Source: TPA_inf: Saccharomyces
Taxonomy: Eukaryota
Reading direction: 5' to 3'
NCBI GenBank assembly: GCA_000146045.2
Contig: BK006943.2
Coordinates: forward strand, 96,001 to 160,000
Length of the DNA stretch: 64,000 bases
Positions 10,894 through 22,825 of this stretch are shown here, piece after piece; within the stretch, counting starts at the first letter, position 1, and the number at the start of each line of letters is the position of its first letter. Below the pieces are notes generated by a model. The model was not told the DNA's origin and did not search any database. It was given only the letters and a program-made list of their open reading frames with translations. The position numbers and the translations under genes are program-made.

Positions 10894-13461
10894 TTATTTA
10901 CTAACCTTGGTATGTAAGTGTCTATAAACTACACAGCATTTTGTTTTCCTCATCCAGGAGCTTTGTAGTAATTGTTCAATGGTGATTCTCTTCGTGGGGT
11001 CGACCTGGAACGTTCTATATAGTGCAATTTTCCTCAACCTATTCAGTTCGCTACTAACATGTCTTAATTCCTCAAATAGATAAAACTGTCCATCATCTTT
11101 AATTTCACTGAGAAATGATTTAAAAAGAGAATCCTTTTCAGGAATGGCGATTTTCCAAAGATACTGTCCCATGACCATTGTACAGTAAACAATACCACAA
11201 CTCCAACAATCTACCAGACGCGGATCGTATTCTGCATCCCTTATAAATTCTTCAGGTGCCACATATGGCTCTGAACCCATGGCTCCACTCTGGAAGTGGA
11301 CGTGTTTCTCCCAGGCAGTCTGAAAAACTGAACTAGTACCAAAATCACAAATTTTTAACAACCCATTAGGTTGGAAAAGGATATTTTCGGGTTTCAAATC
11401 ACAGTGTGCTATACCATGATCATGCATGTATTGAACACCATTCAAAAGCTGTTTCATAAAACAGTCTGCTTCTAATGGGTGCAACGGACTCCCAGAACCT
11501 TCTTTAACAGTTTGGATCAATCTTGAACTCCCGTTATTCGATTCATTTGAGATGTTATTCCTTGTTAGCAACGAATATAAATCACCTGAAGCACAAAATT
11601 CCATCACTTCTACGAAGGAATTGCTATATTCCATTAGGTCCAAAATTTTCAAAATGTTTGGGGCATTGAAGACATGTTTTGGTGGAGTGGTTCTTGAAAC
11701 ATTTCCTGCTATCATCGCATTTGCCTCAAAATGCGGATGGCTCAGTGAGTGTCCAATAATGAACTCAGAGGTTAATCTCGTGCAAAATTTATCAATTTGG
11801 TCACCTGGCTTGGGCTTCAGCTCTTTGACGGCAAAGAATAGTTTTTTTCCATTAGAGTAGGTACTGTATGGTAGGACATCTTTAGCAGTCTTGCACCTTG
11901 CGCAAATTTTGACCACCCCGTATGCACCTGCACCGACGACCCCAATAGATTTTCCGTATTTTTGTGAACAAGGTTTATGAGATGTATCGTCATTGGTTGT
12001 TCCTGCCTTGCCCTCTGTGTCATCAGAATCCTCCTGTTTATTGCTATTGCTTCTGCCTTCGCCATTGTTGCCTTTTGTATTTTCACTTTTAAGGCCCTTT
12101 CGTATTTTTTCCGATAATGCATTGATTAGCTTCAACTCTTCAACACCTACAGCAGCGTTAGGATTCACGATTTGCGGAATATTTTTACCATCGTTTTTCA
12201 TCAATTCATCATTATTGCCATTTTTAAGGTTACTCGTTCTCGATTTCTTTAAAGTCTGCGATTTGATGAATCTCTGGGATGGTATTATTGAAAATGCTTT
12301 TTCTAGATTGATTTGTTCGCCGTTTTCTTCTTGTTGCTGCTGTTGCTGCTGTTGTTGGTTTCCATCCTTATGAGATTTGAATAATCCACTTAAAGAAAAC
12401 ACAGATTTTTGTTTATGCATATTTGCCTCACTGTCATTGTCACCATCATCGCCGCTGTTTACAGAAGCGTCAGCATCCTTTTCATCGCCACTATCCACAT
12501 TTTTATTGTTTGTAATAATTGGCAGCACTCTCAAAGAATGTTCGTGGTATCCGTTTTCAAAGACTTTGAAATGACCTAAATCCAAAATACATTTACATTC
12601 GATTTCTTGAAATTTCGGTAAGCTGGAAGCACTGATAGAGTCTGAGTGATTTCTTCCCCTCATGTATATTCTATTTCCTGTACCATTACCAACATTGTTG
12701 GTGGCATTTGAATTCATTCCACCATTTCCATTTTTCATTGGTGGTGACCTTGGTGTGGACAAACTGTTCTTCCTACTTCTTGTGCGATTGCTATGATTAC
12801 GTACGCCCAGACTGTTTCTCCTTCTAAGTTTTGATTCTTCGTCATAATCAAGCATAGCATCAATAGAAAAGTTATTTTCCTGATCCAAAACATGGTTGGC
12901 ATTACTATTTGCAGGGTTTGAAGAACCTGCGTTTTGTGGGAAGTTTTTCAGCCGTTCCCTTGGTTGTCTTTCAACCTCATCGCTACCAACTGTATAGCGG
13001 TGATGAGGCACATAAGCTTCCTTGGAACGTACATGTTTTGCACGAGCTTTCTCTTCCTTTTTATTTTGAAGATCCTCTCTCTCTAACAAATTGGCTTCAT
13101 CTTCATCTTTTTCACTTATGAAAGATTCTTGTGAAAACATTTCATTTTCTGAATTCAAAGATGGTTCCCTACTAGGTGACAACGAGAGTTTTGCAATATT
13201 AGGGACGCCCAGTTTGTGATGCTTAGGAGCCGCTTGTAGAACAGGGCTATGTACGGGGGATATAGACGGGGAAGATACGTTGCTAGTTATTATTCTTGCT
13301 GTTTGATGAGAATGTGCTTGGTCCTGACCGGGACGAGATGAAGGAGCCGCAGCATTATTACTGCCTGATATCCCTGAAGGCTTAAATAGACCCTTAATGG
13401 ATTCGGAGAGCGATCTGGCCCTCTTCAAAGATGTGTGGCGTGAAAGCTTCTCATCTCCCAT
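10894..13461 (-). CDS. HAL5: Ser/Thr protein kinase (Npr/Hal5 family)
   Basis: 855 aa with a C-terminal kinase domain ([22 protein letters not shown]) and a long low-complexity N-terminus containing a polyQ tract. Confidence 0.88.
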
Positions 13462-13965
13462 TGTTTTTATTTTTTCAAAATTTTTTTTTTATTTAGCAAG
13501 TTTCTCTATCTCCTTTGTATTCTAAAAGTAAATGGATGGAAAGAATGGATCTTTTCGTAGACTATAATGCTTCCTAAAATATACACGTATAGAATGGAGA
13601 TTCCGACTTGTTTGGAGCCACCAATTGCCCTTTATTTGGTTTATACCAAGGGGCTCACGTAAAAAAAAAATCGATATGCAAAATCCTTCATTTCATGATG
13701 CAAGCTTTCGAAAGTGGCGCGGCGAGCAAAGTAGAAAATCAAAGACAGAAGCGTAGAATAAAAGCCCTTTTAATGGTAGGAATACGCCTCGATAACATCA
13801 TGTATGCAATCTACAAGAACAGTGAACGCCGTTCCATCTCCGTAGTAACTATACAGGGGTTGAAATTTCGTTTTCGAAGGATAGTTGTTATGTAGAAAAG
13901 AGGGAAAAAAATATGAAAAAAAAAAAATATAGATACGAGAGGAAAATACAACAAAACATTAGTCA

Positions 13966-15159
13966 TTAGAAGTCCCGGAAAAGATCAGCATATGGGTCTT
14001 CACCTTGAACACCGTAGTTGATGTCTTCTTCCGGGTACTTATCGAACTGTGAGGTGTCACCTTGTCCCTGTTGAATGGGCGGTTCATACGGCGTTTCTAT
14101 GTTTCTAGATAATAATTTTTCCCAGACAACTTCTTTGAACCAGGGGTGGTTTTTGACATCTTCTGTACCATTTTGTAAATTACCTAGTCTTTGACTTAAG
14201 TCTCTTGTGATCAATCTACTCAACAGGTCCTTTACATCTTCGTTGAAAAATGGTGGAAATCTCAATTCGGCATTCAAGATTTTCTCATAGGTTTTCATCG
14301 TGTTAGAGTCGTAAAATGGCGTGTATCCTGCTAGCATTTCGTAAATCAGAATACCGAAACTCCACCAATCGATAGATTTATTATATGGTTTAGTACTAAC
14401 GACCTCGGGTGCTATGTAGTCGGGAGTACCGCATAATGTATATGTGACGTCAGGAACGTATTTGGCAAACCCGAAATCTGTTATCTTTATATGCCCGTTT
14501 TTATCAAGCAAGATATTTTCCGGTTTCAAATCCCTATAAATAATGTCCTTGCTATGCAAGTACTCCAAAGCTAAACAAACTTCCGCTGCGTAAAATTTAG
14601 CAACTGGGTTGGGAAATCTTTGGGATTTCCTTAACAAAGAAAACAATTCTCCACCTTCAATATAATCCATAATCATGAAAATTTGCTGAGCATCTTGGAA
14701 AGTCCCCCACATTCTAATAATAAACGGATGTGTTACGATAGAAAGCATCAATCGCTCGTCGTTGGTATGCTCCACCTGTTTCAATCTTACCACGATTTCC
14801 TTTTTCAAAACTTTCATGGCGTAGTATCTGCCATTATGTCTTGATCTAATCAAATGGACCCTACCAAAAGAACCCGTACCCAGTGTCCTTAATATCTGAA
14901 AGTCTTGTAAACTATACTTCCCACTTGTAACTCTCGCTTGGGCAATAAACTGTTTATACTGCTCCTCATTGTAATAAGTGACATGTGGCTGCTTCGGTTT
15001 TTCTTGGGTTTCTCCACCCTCTTTTTCTACAGACTTACTTTCGTTACCGCTCTCTGTGGCTGTTGTTTCCCTTTCACTAGTCTCACCTTTTTGTGATTCC
15101 TCACCTTGTCTATCATCTAGAGACTTTTGACCACCTCCATTTTGTTCTTCAGTCGACAT
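13966..15159 (-). CDS. TPK1: cAMP-dependent protein kinase catalytic subunit
   Basis: Trimmed to [10 protein letters not shown]... (397 aa). It is a canonical PKA catalytic core ([35 protein letters not shown]). Confidence 0.92.
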
Positions 15160-15665
15160 ACCCAAAAAAAAGATTCTTTCACACAATCAGCTATAATTCA
15201 TGCACTGCTTAAGCTAAGAGAACACTACTTTCTGTGCTACCTTTGAAGCCGATTGAAAATGCAAGCAAGCCAAACAAAAAAAAAAGTATAGGGTCAGATT
15301 CCTTAGCTTTATCAAATTAAAACTCTTAGATGGATACAATCGCAGCTTCTATGATGTTTCGCACCTAAAAATTCTCACGTTTTTCTGGCCAGAGATAGTA
15401 GATGAATATTTTTCAAGTTTTCAAGTAAAGGGATACGATATCCCCCTTGATTATTATGTCAAACTTTTACCAGATCCCGCCTTCCCTCCCCCCTAATAGC
15501 GCGAAAAAAAAGATCATCATGATTACGTAGAAAAAACCACAACAACACTATGTTGAATCATGTCATAAGCAAAGTCGTTAGGACACTGGCTTTGCAAGAA
15601 CGAATAGCAGCACAGCTTCGAACAAGTAACTAAAAATATGTGGTGTATACGGTATGTAAATGTTT

Positions 15666-17333
15666 TTAAGGCCCGTCCAGCGGAGGGTTCTTGTAAATTC
15701 TTAGGAAGAATGTCAACAAGATGGCAACAATACTTGTTGAGAACGGTATATACATAAACAGACTAGGATTAACGGAGACAGTACTTCCATATAGCTTAAG
15801 GAGGATGGGAGGGATGACAAGCATAACACAGGACCTTACCAAAGCCATTGCTCCGAACATCTCGCCTGTATGTTTCTTAGAGGTGTACTTTATGATACCA
15901 GACTGCAAAGTTGGTGAACAAAACGCGCTCAATGCCTGTAAAAGAGCGAATATTATCATGGATGTGGGAGTTTTCTCGCCAAATCGTATCATGACAAAGA
16001 GACTCAGTGTTATAACAATCATAGAAAACTGTATGCAAAAGATGTCTATCTTGTCTATCGAATGGTTCAAGTGTTGATAAATCCTCTTTAGCGTGTACAG
16101 TAATGTAGGTGATACGACCAGTAACACAACACCTCTTCCGATACCCAGTATCGATATGAAATAACCTAGCTCTACTGCATGCCATTTGTACTCATATGTA
16201 GAAAACAAAATCAATGCTGGCATACACGATGTCGTTCCACAGACAAATAGTATATCGAGTACAATGAGTAATATTACGGTATGCCGGGGTACTAAAGACC
16301 CTGCACTGTCGGGCTTCAGCCATAACTTTTTTACTGGAGCGAGCAGGTCCATTAACCTCATTATTTGAAATTTTCCATAAGTAACGGATTGGTAATTTCT
16401 TGCATCGTCAGAACCCGATTGTGATCTTAGTTTCTCTCTCCTCTTTGTATAAGTTGATTGTGAATGGGCCATTTGGGTTTCATGGCGCGGTTCCACCATG
16501 ATTGTCTCACATATTATAAGCGCCAGTATAACAAACGCTATTGATGTGTAAATAGGAATGAACCCGTTTCCATGAGTCCACTTCACCAGAAAGGACCCAA
16601 ACATTGGGCCTACGCCCATAGTGGCATATATACAACTCATCATTATTCCTATTGTCACCATTCTGTGCTCAGTTTTCACTATATCTGAAACGTAACTATT
16701 TCCATTCGCCACTAGCGCAAACAAGCCACCGAATGATGGTACGATACACGCAGTAAGAACAATAGCCCATTTGTGATACTTCATTTTCGATGATAGGGTA
16801 AAGACGTGCGTAAGAAGCCCTATGACCCTGATGCCGCTCATGTATTTGAAAACACGCACTCTTCCTATTCTATCGGATAATTCTCCCCACTTACCAGCCA
16901 TGAAAATACTGATTGCCCCTGCTATCATCATAGTGGATGAAGAAATGCTGGAAACTATTGTCTGTACAGCCACGGAATCATAATGTCCATTCTCATCTGA
17001 AATTCCTTCCGCTACCTTGTCCATCACCAACGGTATTGTAGCAGTCATAGAAATAGACTCCGCAATACAGATAATCATAACAAGGCCGTAAAGGCATAAT
17101 AGTTTTCTACGTCCATGCTCTCCCTCAACGCTTTTGGCAACACTCAAAATACTGGGGGAGCGCCGGATAGAGTCATAGCTACTGTCCTGAGCTGTTTCAT
17201 TAGTATCCAAATTTATTCCAGTACTGTCATTTTGACTAATGATTTCTTCCAAGGCGTTGATCCCAGCCGTTTCCAATAAATAGTCCATCTCATCTGAAGA
17301 CATTAAACGAGTTGTTTCATCCTCGTTTGACAT
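15666..17333 (-). CDS. Major facilitator superfamily transporter, uncharacterised
   Basis: Trimmed to MSNEDETTRL... (555 aa). It is a multi-pass hydrophobic MFS-like protein; position fits YJL163C. Confidence 0.75.
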   Translation of the reverse strand: MSNEDETTRLMSSDEMDYLLETAGINALEEIISQNDSTGINLDTNETAQDSSYDSIRRSPSILSVAKSVEGEHGRRKLLCLYGLVMIICIAESISMTATIPLVMDKVAEGISDENGHYDSVAVQTIVSSISSSTMMIAGAISIFMAGKWGELSDRIGRVRVFKYMSGIRVIGLLTHVFTLSSKMKYHKWAIVLTACIVPSFGGLFALVANGNSYVSDIVKTEHRMVTIGIMMSCIYATMGVGPMFGSFLVKWTHGNGFIPIYTSIAFVILALIICETIMVEPRHETQMAHSQSTYTKRREKLRSQSGSDDARNYQSVTYGKFQIMRLMDLLAPVKKLWLKPDSAGSLVPRHTVILLIVLDILFVCGTTSCMPALILFSTYEYKWHAVELGYFISILGIGRGVVLLVVSPTLLYTLKRIYQHLNHSIDKIDIFCIQFSMIVITLSLFVMIRFGEKTPTSMIIFALLQALSAFCSPTLQSGIIKYTSKKHTGEMFGAMALVRSCVMLVIPPILLKLYGSTVSVNPSLFMYIPFSTSIVAILLTFFLRIYKNPPLDGP

Positions 17334-17877
17334 TGTTCTGCGCCTTTGCTTCGCACGGTTTGAAGATGTATACGTGAAATGCAAGAACTAGGGTTTGTAT
17401 TCCTTATAAGTCTATTAGACTTCTTGCAGATCAGCCCTTCATCTTGTTGGTTTTTAGGAATCCCTTACCCTTTATTTTTTTTTTTTTTGATTTCGATTAA
17501 GGGCGGGAAATCATGATAAACTTCCACGGAACAACAATAAACGCTCGGCCAATGTTAGTAAGATACACTGTACTTACCTGATGATAATCCCATAGCACTT
17601 TCATTCACTTGGAAGCCAAACCAGTTTATAAGTACTTTTAAATTGCCAAGTGCACCCTTTGGTAATTTTTTTTTACTTTTACCATTTTCTGTAAGAATTT
17701 TCTATTTATTTCAGTAGTTTATTGAATTTCCATAACTAAATATATATTTAAGATATTAATAATTGAGACATGAAATGTACTGACTAGATACTTTTATATA
17801 TTTTACATTATTCATTCAAATTATTTCCATCCTGGCGTAAGGACGACGGGTATATGCTCATTAAGAAGAGCGTTCGA

Positions 17878-19629
17878 TTATACTTTACCGTCACATCTTT
17901 CGGAAAAAATTTTAATGACCTGCATCTGTCTTTCTTGTAAGATGTTCAATTTGTCCATTAAACTTTTATCAAATTCTAGGTATGTTTTCCAAACCATAAT
18001 ACTTTGCTTTTGGGTTAACATATCACTGAACTGCGTATCTGCTCTCAGGCGCTGTAATGATACTTGATGTATTGTTTCTTTAAGTTTGTTACATTGGTTA
18101 TTAAACAGCTGCACGTTAAGCTTCAATGTTTCAAGGTCAGCCACTGCATCAAATTCCGGAATCTCTGGTATTTCCAAATCTAAGATCTCGGGTGTAATTC
18201 CACACTGTTCTAGTAACGGTTTGAATTTTGCACGATTACTTTCTGCTTGGGCAAAAGTTCCACCTTGTTCGTGACTCTGAGTGGTCTTCGGCTTTTTAAA
18301 AAGATTGATTGATTCTAACGAGTCATTAATTGCATCCATCATAAAATAATCTTTTTCTCTTGGTAAAGATTGGAACAATTCTTCTAAAGATATATCATCT
18401 TTCTTTCTCCTTTTCATCCCTTTAGGTTCTTTGATAGATAAATTTTCTATGTCGATTGAGTCGCTGTGATTTTTATCACCTATTTCATCCCGACGAAACA
18501 GCAAGTCTTTATTTCGATCGTCTACATTGCTTATATTGAGTTTTTCAATAATGTCTCTCAAAATGTTCCATCCTTCATTGGCACTAGTTGTTGCAGGTAT
18601 CTCTTTAATGGGAGAAACTGACTTTCTAAACTGATTCTTGCATTCGAATTTACTTCTTGCGTAATGTCGATACTCATGATTGTAAAAAGGAGATTGCAAA
18701 TTTGAATCATGGGATCCACTAGAAAAAGTACTGGTCTTGGGCAATTTAAATTGTTTGTGTCCCGTTTCTTCTTCGCCATTTTCCTCTGGAGAGACTCTGC
18801 TTTCCCTTTTCGGTTCTTTATTATTTTTTTTTTCTTCATCAGGACTGCTAGACTTCGACGTCATTCCATAATGTTGCTGCTGTTGCTGTTGTTGCTGCTG
18901 TTGCTGTTGTTGTTTTCCTGCTTCTTCTTCTTCTTCATGATCGCTTAGTGCTGATCCCAAACATGAATTTGGATCTTCAGAGTAAGATTTATGTGTGTAC
19001 GCATTTTTACCCAATATTTCCCATATTTCTTGGAACTGAGAGTTCGTATCCATTTTACCGGCATCAGTCATTCTTACTTTTGAGGCTCCATTGGTTTCAT
19101 GGAACAAAGAATCAATATCAGGACTTCCATGTTTCCTTTCCTTTTTGGATGAATAATAGTGGTTTCGTTGGTAGCTTTTTAAATTGAAGGACTTGAATAT
19201 CGGAACCTTACTCTTAGAGCTTGAGGTCATTTTTTTGCCTACACCGAAACCGTAGGGCTGTTGCTCATAAGGTTTATTTTGCCTATGATAAGCTTCTGAT
19301 TGACCAAGTGTGGGACTAGCCCCTTGTGATTCCTTTGCCTTGGTCTTGAAAATATGACAGTTTTTCTTCGGCTGGTAAGTGTGTAAACCTTTGATTTTCA
19401 AATCTCGATCATATCGAAGTTTTTGATCTTCATCAGTTAAAATTGAATGTGCATGCACCACAGCTTTGAATAATTCCTCAGACTTATCAGATTTTGTTTT
19501 ATCTGGGTGAAGTAATCTGGCCAGTTTTAGATATGATTTATGTACTTCGGAGGAAGTCGCATTTGATGTCAAGCCTAATATGGAATAATAGGTTGTTCTA
19601 TCTAATTGTGGTTCTATTACCTGTGACAT
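17878..19629 (-). CDS. JJJ2: J-domain (DnaJ-like) protein
   Basis: 583 aa with an N-terminal J domain (YYSILGL ... HPDK) and a polyQ tract; fits YJL162C. Confidence 0.85.
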   Translation of the reverse strand: MSQVIEPQLDRTTYYSILGLTSNATSSEVHKSYLKLARLLHPDKTKSDKSEELFKAVVHAHSILTDEDQKLRYDRDLKIKGLHTYQPKKNCHIFKTKAKESQGASPTLGQSEAYHRQNKPYEQQPYGFGVGKKMTSSSKSKVPIFKSFNLKSYQRNHYYSSKKERKHGSPDIDSLFHETNGASKVRMTDAGKMDTNSQFQEIWEILGKNAYTHKSYSEDPNSCLGSALSDHEEEEEAGKQQQQQQQQQQQQQHYGMTSKSSSPDEEKKNNKEPKRESRVSPEENGEEETGHKQFKLPKTSTFSSGSHDSNLQSPFYNHEYRHYARSKFECKNQFRKSVSPIKEIPATTSANEGWNILRDIIEKLNISNVDDRNKDLLFRRDEIGDKNHSDSIDIENLSIKEPKGMKRRKKDDISLEELFQSLPREKDYFMMDAINDSLESINLFKKPKTTQSHEQGGTFAQAESNRAKFKPLLEQCGITPEILDLEIPEIPEFDAVADLETLKLNVQLFNNQCNKLKETIHQVSLQRLRADTQFSDMLTQKQSIMVWKTYLEFDKSLMDKLNILQERQMQVIKIFSERCDGKV

Positions 19630-19938
19630 AAGAATAGTACAGTGTACAATAGCATAAACTGAAGAAGCACTTTGCTACAGTCTATATTGAACATTCCAGG
19701 TCTATTTACGCTCATGCCTCAAAAAAAGTTTAAAGGCATCGCACGGTATTGTATTTTCAAGATGTCCGCACCGAATCGGTATTGTAAAAGTTTCACAATA
19801 TTGAACATCTAGCACAATGATCAACTGAATTGAGGACAAACAGATAATTTTCGTGTGATATTATATTTTAATAGGATAAAGGTGAACTACTACAAACTAT
19901 TTCAAAAAATAACTATTTAGCTAATCACATAAAAAATA

Positions 19939-20010
19939 CTCCGATACGGGGAGTCGAACCCCGGTCTCCACGGTGAAAGCGTGATGTGATAGCCGTTACA
20001 CTATATCGGA
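19939..20010 (-). tRNA. tE(UUC): tRNA-Glu (anticodon UUC)
   Basis: The reverse complement reads TCCGATATAGTGTAACGGCTATCACATCACGCTTTCACCGTGGAGACCGGGGTTCGACTCCCCGTATCGGAG, which is the yeast tRNA-Glu(UUC) sequence with its B box GGTTCGACTCC. Confidence 0.93.
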
Positions 20011-21244
20011 TTATAAACGGTTAATATTCAACACCTAATAGTACTACTTACCAAATTAACAAGAGGATCATCTTTCCCATATGATAATAGACACCGGCTC
20101 TAAACTCAACTGTTCTGTACTAGTTGTTTTGATAGAATTTTTTTTACAAATCTGCCCAAAGTACGTTTTCCTAGTTTCATGCCTGTGCAACGCCGCAGCG
20201 CTAACCTGTGCAGGACAGATATGTAAATTGGAATCTTAACAGCAACAGAGACTCTCTCAAAACCGATACCAGAACTCAACCGCACTTCGTTATCCATAAA
20301 TGTTGCCTTAGCCGAATGCAATACATCCCTTATAAAATCAATACAATGCGAAACTTAACACAATGCTAGTCGCTAACCACGACAAATTTCTTGCACCTCC
20401 AAATCTGCCTTTGTCCCTCTCCCACATCTTAACTATACCAGAAATGCCTCTCTGTTCTGCAAAAAACCTGTGTTCCTGCTATTAGATGAGGTAAATTCAA
20501 AACATTACATGCCATATCTTCTTCTAGACGACTACACCTCTAATTACATCAACAAATTTTAAACTTATATCGTCTAGAGTGATCCTTTCGCTAGAAATGG
20601 TAATAACTACTGCCATTGGAATCATAGTTTACAGAATATTGCGAGTTTGCTCTATATTAGATATTTATAAACGCTAGGATGGAACCGAGGGCTGCCACGA
20701 TGCTTAAAAAATTACAGTGCAGCAACTCCGATGCCATTAATCTATCATAAAGTCTGGCGGCGTATTCCTTGCACAATTTTCATATCTTCCCATATGAATA
20801 CCTGTTAGTCCGTATCACCAAGTGTAAACTGTTCTTTACAATGAGAACATCTAGAGTCTTTCTGATATGCGTAACTTCTGCCTCATTAATTTAAAAATTT
20901 CTTCATAGTAAATAGCTTATTTGCTTGGAGCAGATGATCGACATGTATTTTTAGGAACATAAACTGCCTAAATATAATAGATCAGCCTAAAAATAAGAAT
21001 GCCAATCAACAAAGTTGTATTTCCTATCTTCCGATATTCGCAGTCCACCATTCAGACCTCTGGTGAGATAGTTTGCCTGCTTTTGCTCCCTTCCAAAGTG
21101 CTGATAAAAACCTCCGTGATTTTTTGAATACTCCCCTGAATGTCTATTTTAAGTATATTATAAAATTAGTTTAAGTTGGTGCGGATAACGAAAACTTGAT
21201 GCAAGGTAAATAAATCAAGTATATCATAGAGTTCTTTCATTCAT

Positions 21245-21787
21245 ATGCTATACACAAGGTTGTTACGTCACAACTCACAATTCACCAAGTTTTCAGGCAC
21301 ATCGCCCAATCTTGGCTCAAAACCTTTATTTTCGAAGGGTAATTTGTACACTAGTCTTTTAGTGACAACACTGTATGGGACAGGTCTGGCATGCCTATAT
21401 CTAGAATCAAATAGCTTGAATAAGTCCAAAGAGCAAGAAGATCCCCATGCCATCGCAGAAGACGACATTGTAAATATAGTCCATGACGCTCCCAATAGAA
21501 TATTCAAGCCAGCACTTGATACCTATCAAGAGAAAGAGCTTGACTTACAAAAGAGTGACCTCCATAAAGTACTTCATTCTTTGACGTACAGTGATGTCTC
21601 TCAATTTTCGATTGTTTGGGGGTTTCTCATTCAACTTTCGAGCCTAATAGGCAATTCCACCTTAGGCAAAAAATCCATTCTTTATAAGGGAAGTGTCGTT
21701 AGTGTTTTAGGGTTCCCACCGTTGATTTATATGGCACTTAAACTTAGGATGAAACAGCTGGAAAAAGCTGGAGTGCGCTTTGAGTAA
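21245..21787 (+). CDS. FMP33: Mitochondrial protein of unknown function
   Basis: 180 aa; position and length fit YJL161W. Confidence 0.7.
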   Translation: MLYTRLLRHNSQFTKFSGTSPNLGSKPLFSKGNLYTSLLVTTLYGTGLACLYLESNSLNKSKEQEDPHAIAEDDIVNIVHDAPNRIFKPALDTYQEKELDLQKSDLHKVLHSLTYSDVSQFSIVWGFLIQLSSLIGNSTLGKKSILYKGSVVSVLGFPPLIYMALKLRMKQLEKAGVRFE

Positions 21788-21961
21788 TGCAGAAGGCAAC
21801 ATCTCCGAAAATAAAAACGATGAAGTAAATGAAAACTCGTTTGTGAATACGTAAAATTATAACGCGCCCCATACATAGTAAGACAGACTTACTTTTATAC
21901 TATTATTTTAGTTATATTTTTGAAGTACAATCAAGACCTGCAAGATTATAATGTTGGTGAT

Positions 21962-22825
21962 TCAACAATCGACGAGACCAACTGTTTGTAAATGAACGGG
22001 ATTGCACTGGCCCCCGATAGACTGATCGTAAAGGTTATAGAAAGTGCCCGACAGACATTGGTAAAACACGTCATTATCACCAATAGCTAAAGTGCCATGC
22101 TTCGTTATCGACCAGCCGCCAGCGTAAATAGCGCCCGCCTGTGGAGGTGGACCATCAAATTGGAACTGTCTGTTTGCTACTATCGATCCAATTCTACCAC
22201 TGGAGTCAATAAGAACACCTCCTTGTAACGTTATTGCCAAGGTGCCAGAACTTTTACAGGCTTGCACCTTGATCACTTTTTCATTATTTGGTTTCTTTGT
22301 TGGCTCTAACTTACTCTTGGAAAGCACAGAACTACTACTGGCTGAAGAAATAGTAACTTGCACTTGACCATCATGAATCTGAGAAACAGCAGTTGCGGTT
22401 GAAGTTGCTGTCGCAGTTACAGTTTTACTTGGAACAGCAATTGTGGACTTTGTGACAACATTTTTAGCTGTAGTTATTTGTAATTGACCATCGCCTATTT
22501 GTGACACAATATGTGACACTACTGGAGGCACCTTCTGCGTTGTAACTTGTATTTGGCCGTCTCCAATTTGCGAAACTGGATGAGGTAATTTTTGTGTCGT
22601 TACTTGCACTTGACCGTCATTAATTTGTGAAATGACGTTTCTTTTGACCTTACTTTCAGTAACGGTGAAAGGTATAACAGCGAGACCGAATGAGGTCCGG
22701 TACTCTGTTGTGCCACCATCCATTTTAGAGCTTGGAGTTAAAGTTGCCCAGGGTTCAGGTGGAGCGTACGCAGTTAGCGCAATACTACTTAATAGAGATG
22801 CTAGAAATGCTTTCTTGTAATGCAT
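21962..22825 (-). CDS. PIR5: PIR-family cell wall protein
   Basis: 287 aa with a signal peptide, four SQI[GNH]DGQ[VIL]Q PIR repeats and the conserved C-terminal Cys motif ([12 protein letters not shown]...YQCLSG). Confidence 0.85.

Noticed and set aside
11552-12373. Three overlapping ORFs inside HAL5 (11552-11860 plus, 11817-12122 minus, 11993-12373 plus)
   Set aside because: They are embedded in HAL5 coding sequence. The plus-strand ORFs are driven by low-complexity or poly-CAG sequence (a C/L-rich translation).
13608-13895. 95-aa ORF between HAL5 and TPK1
   Set aside because: It lies in intergenic promoter/terminator DNA and has no homology or domain features.
15721-16185. ORFs of 100-120 aa antisense to, or nested inside, YJL163C (15721-16077 plus strand, 15877-16185 minus strand)
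   Set aside because: They lie wholly inside a longer, well-supported gene on the opposite strand or in another frame. They have no recognisable domain and are typical antisense artefacts.
20011-21244. Possible solo Ty LTR next to tRNA-Glu
   Set aside because: I searched visually for delta, sigma and tau LTR termini and internal landmarks on both flanks and found none, so I cannot support an LTR call from sequence alone.
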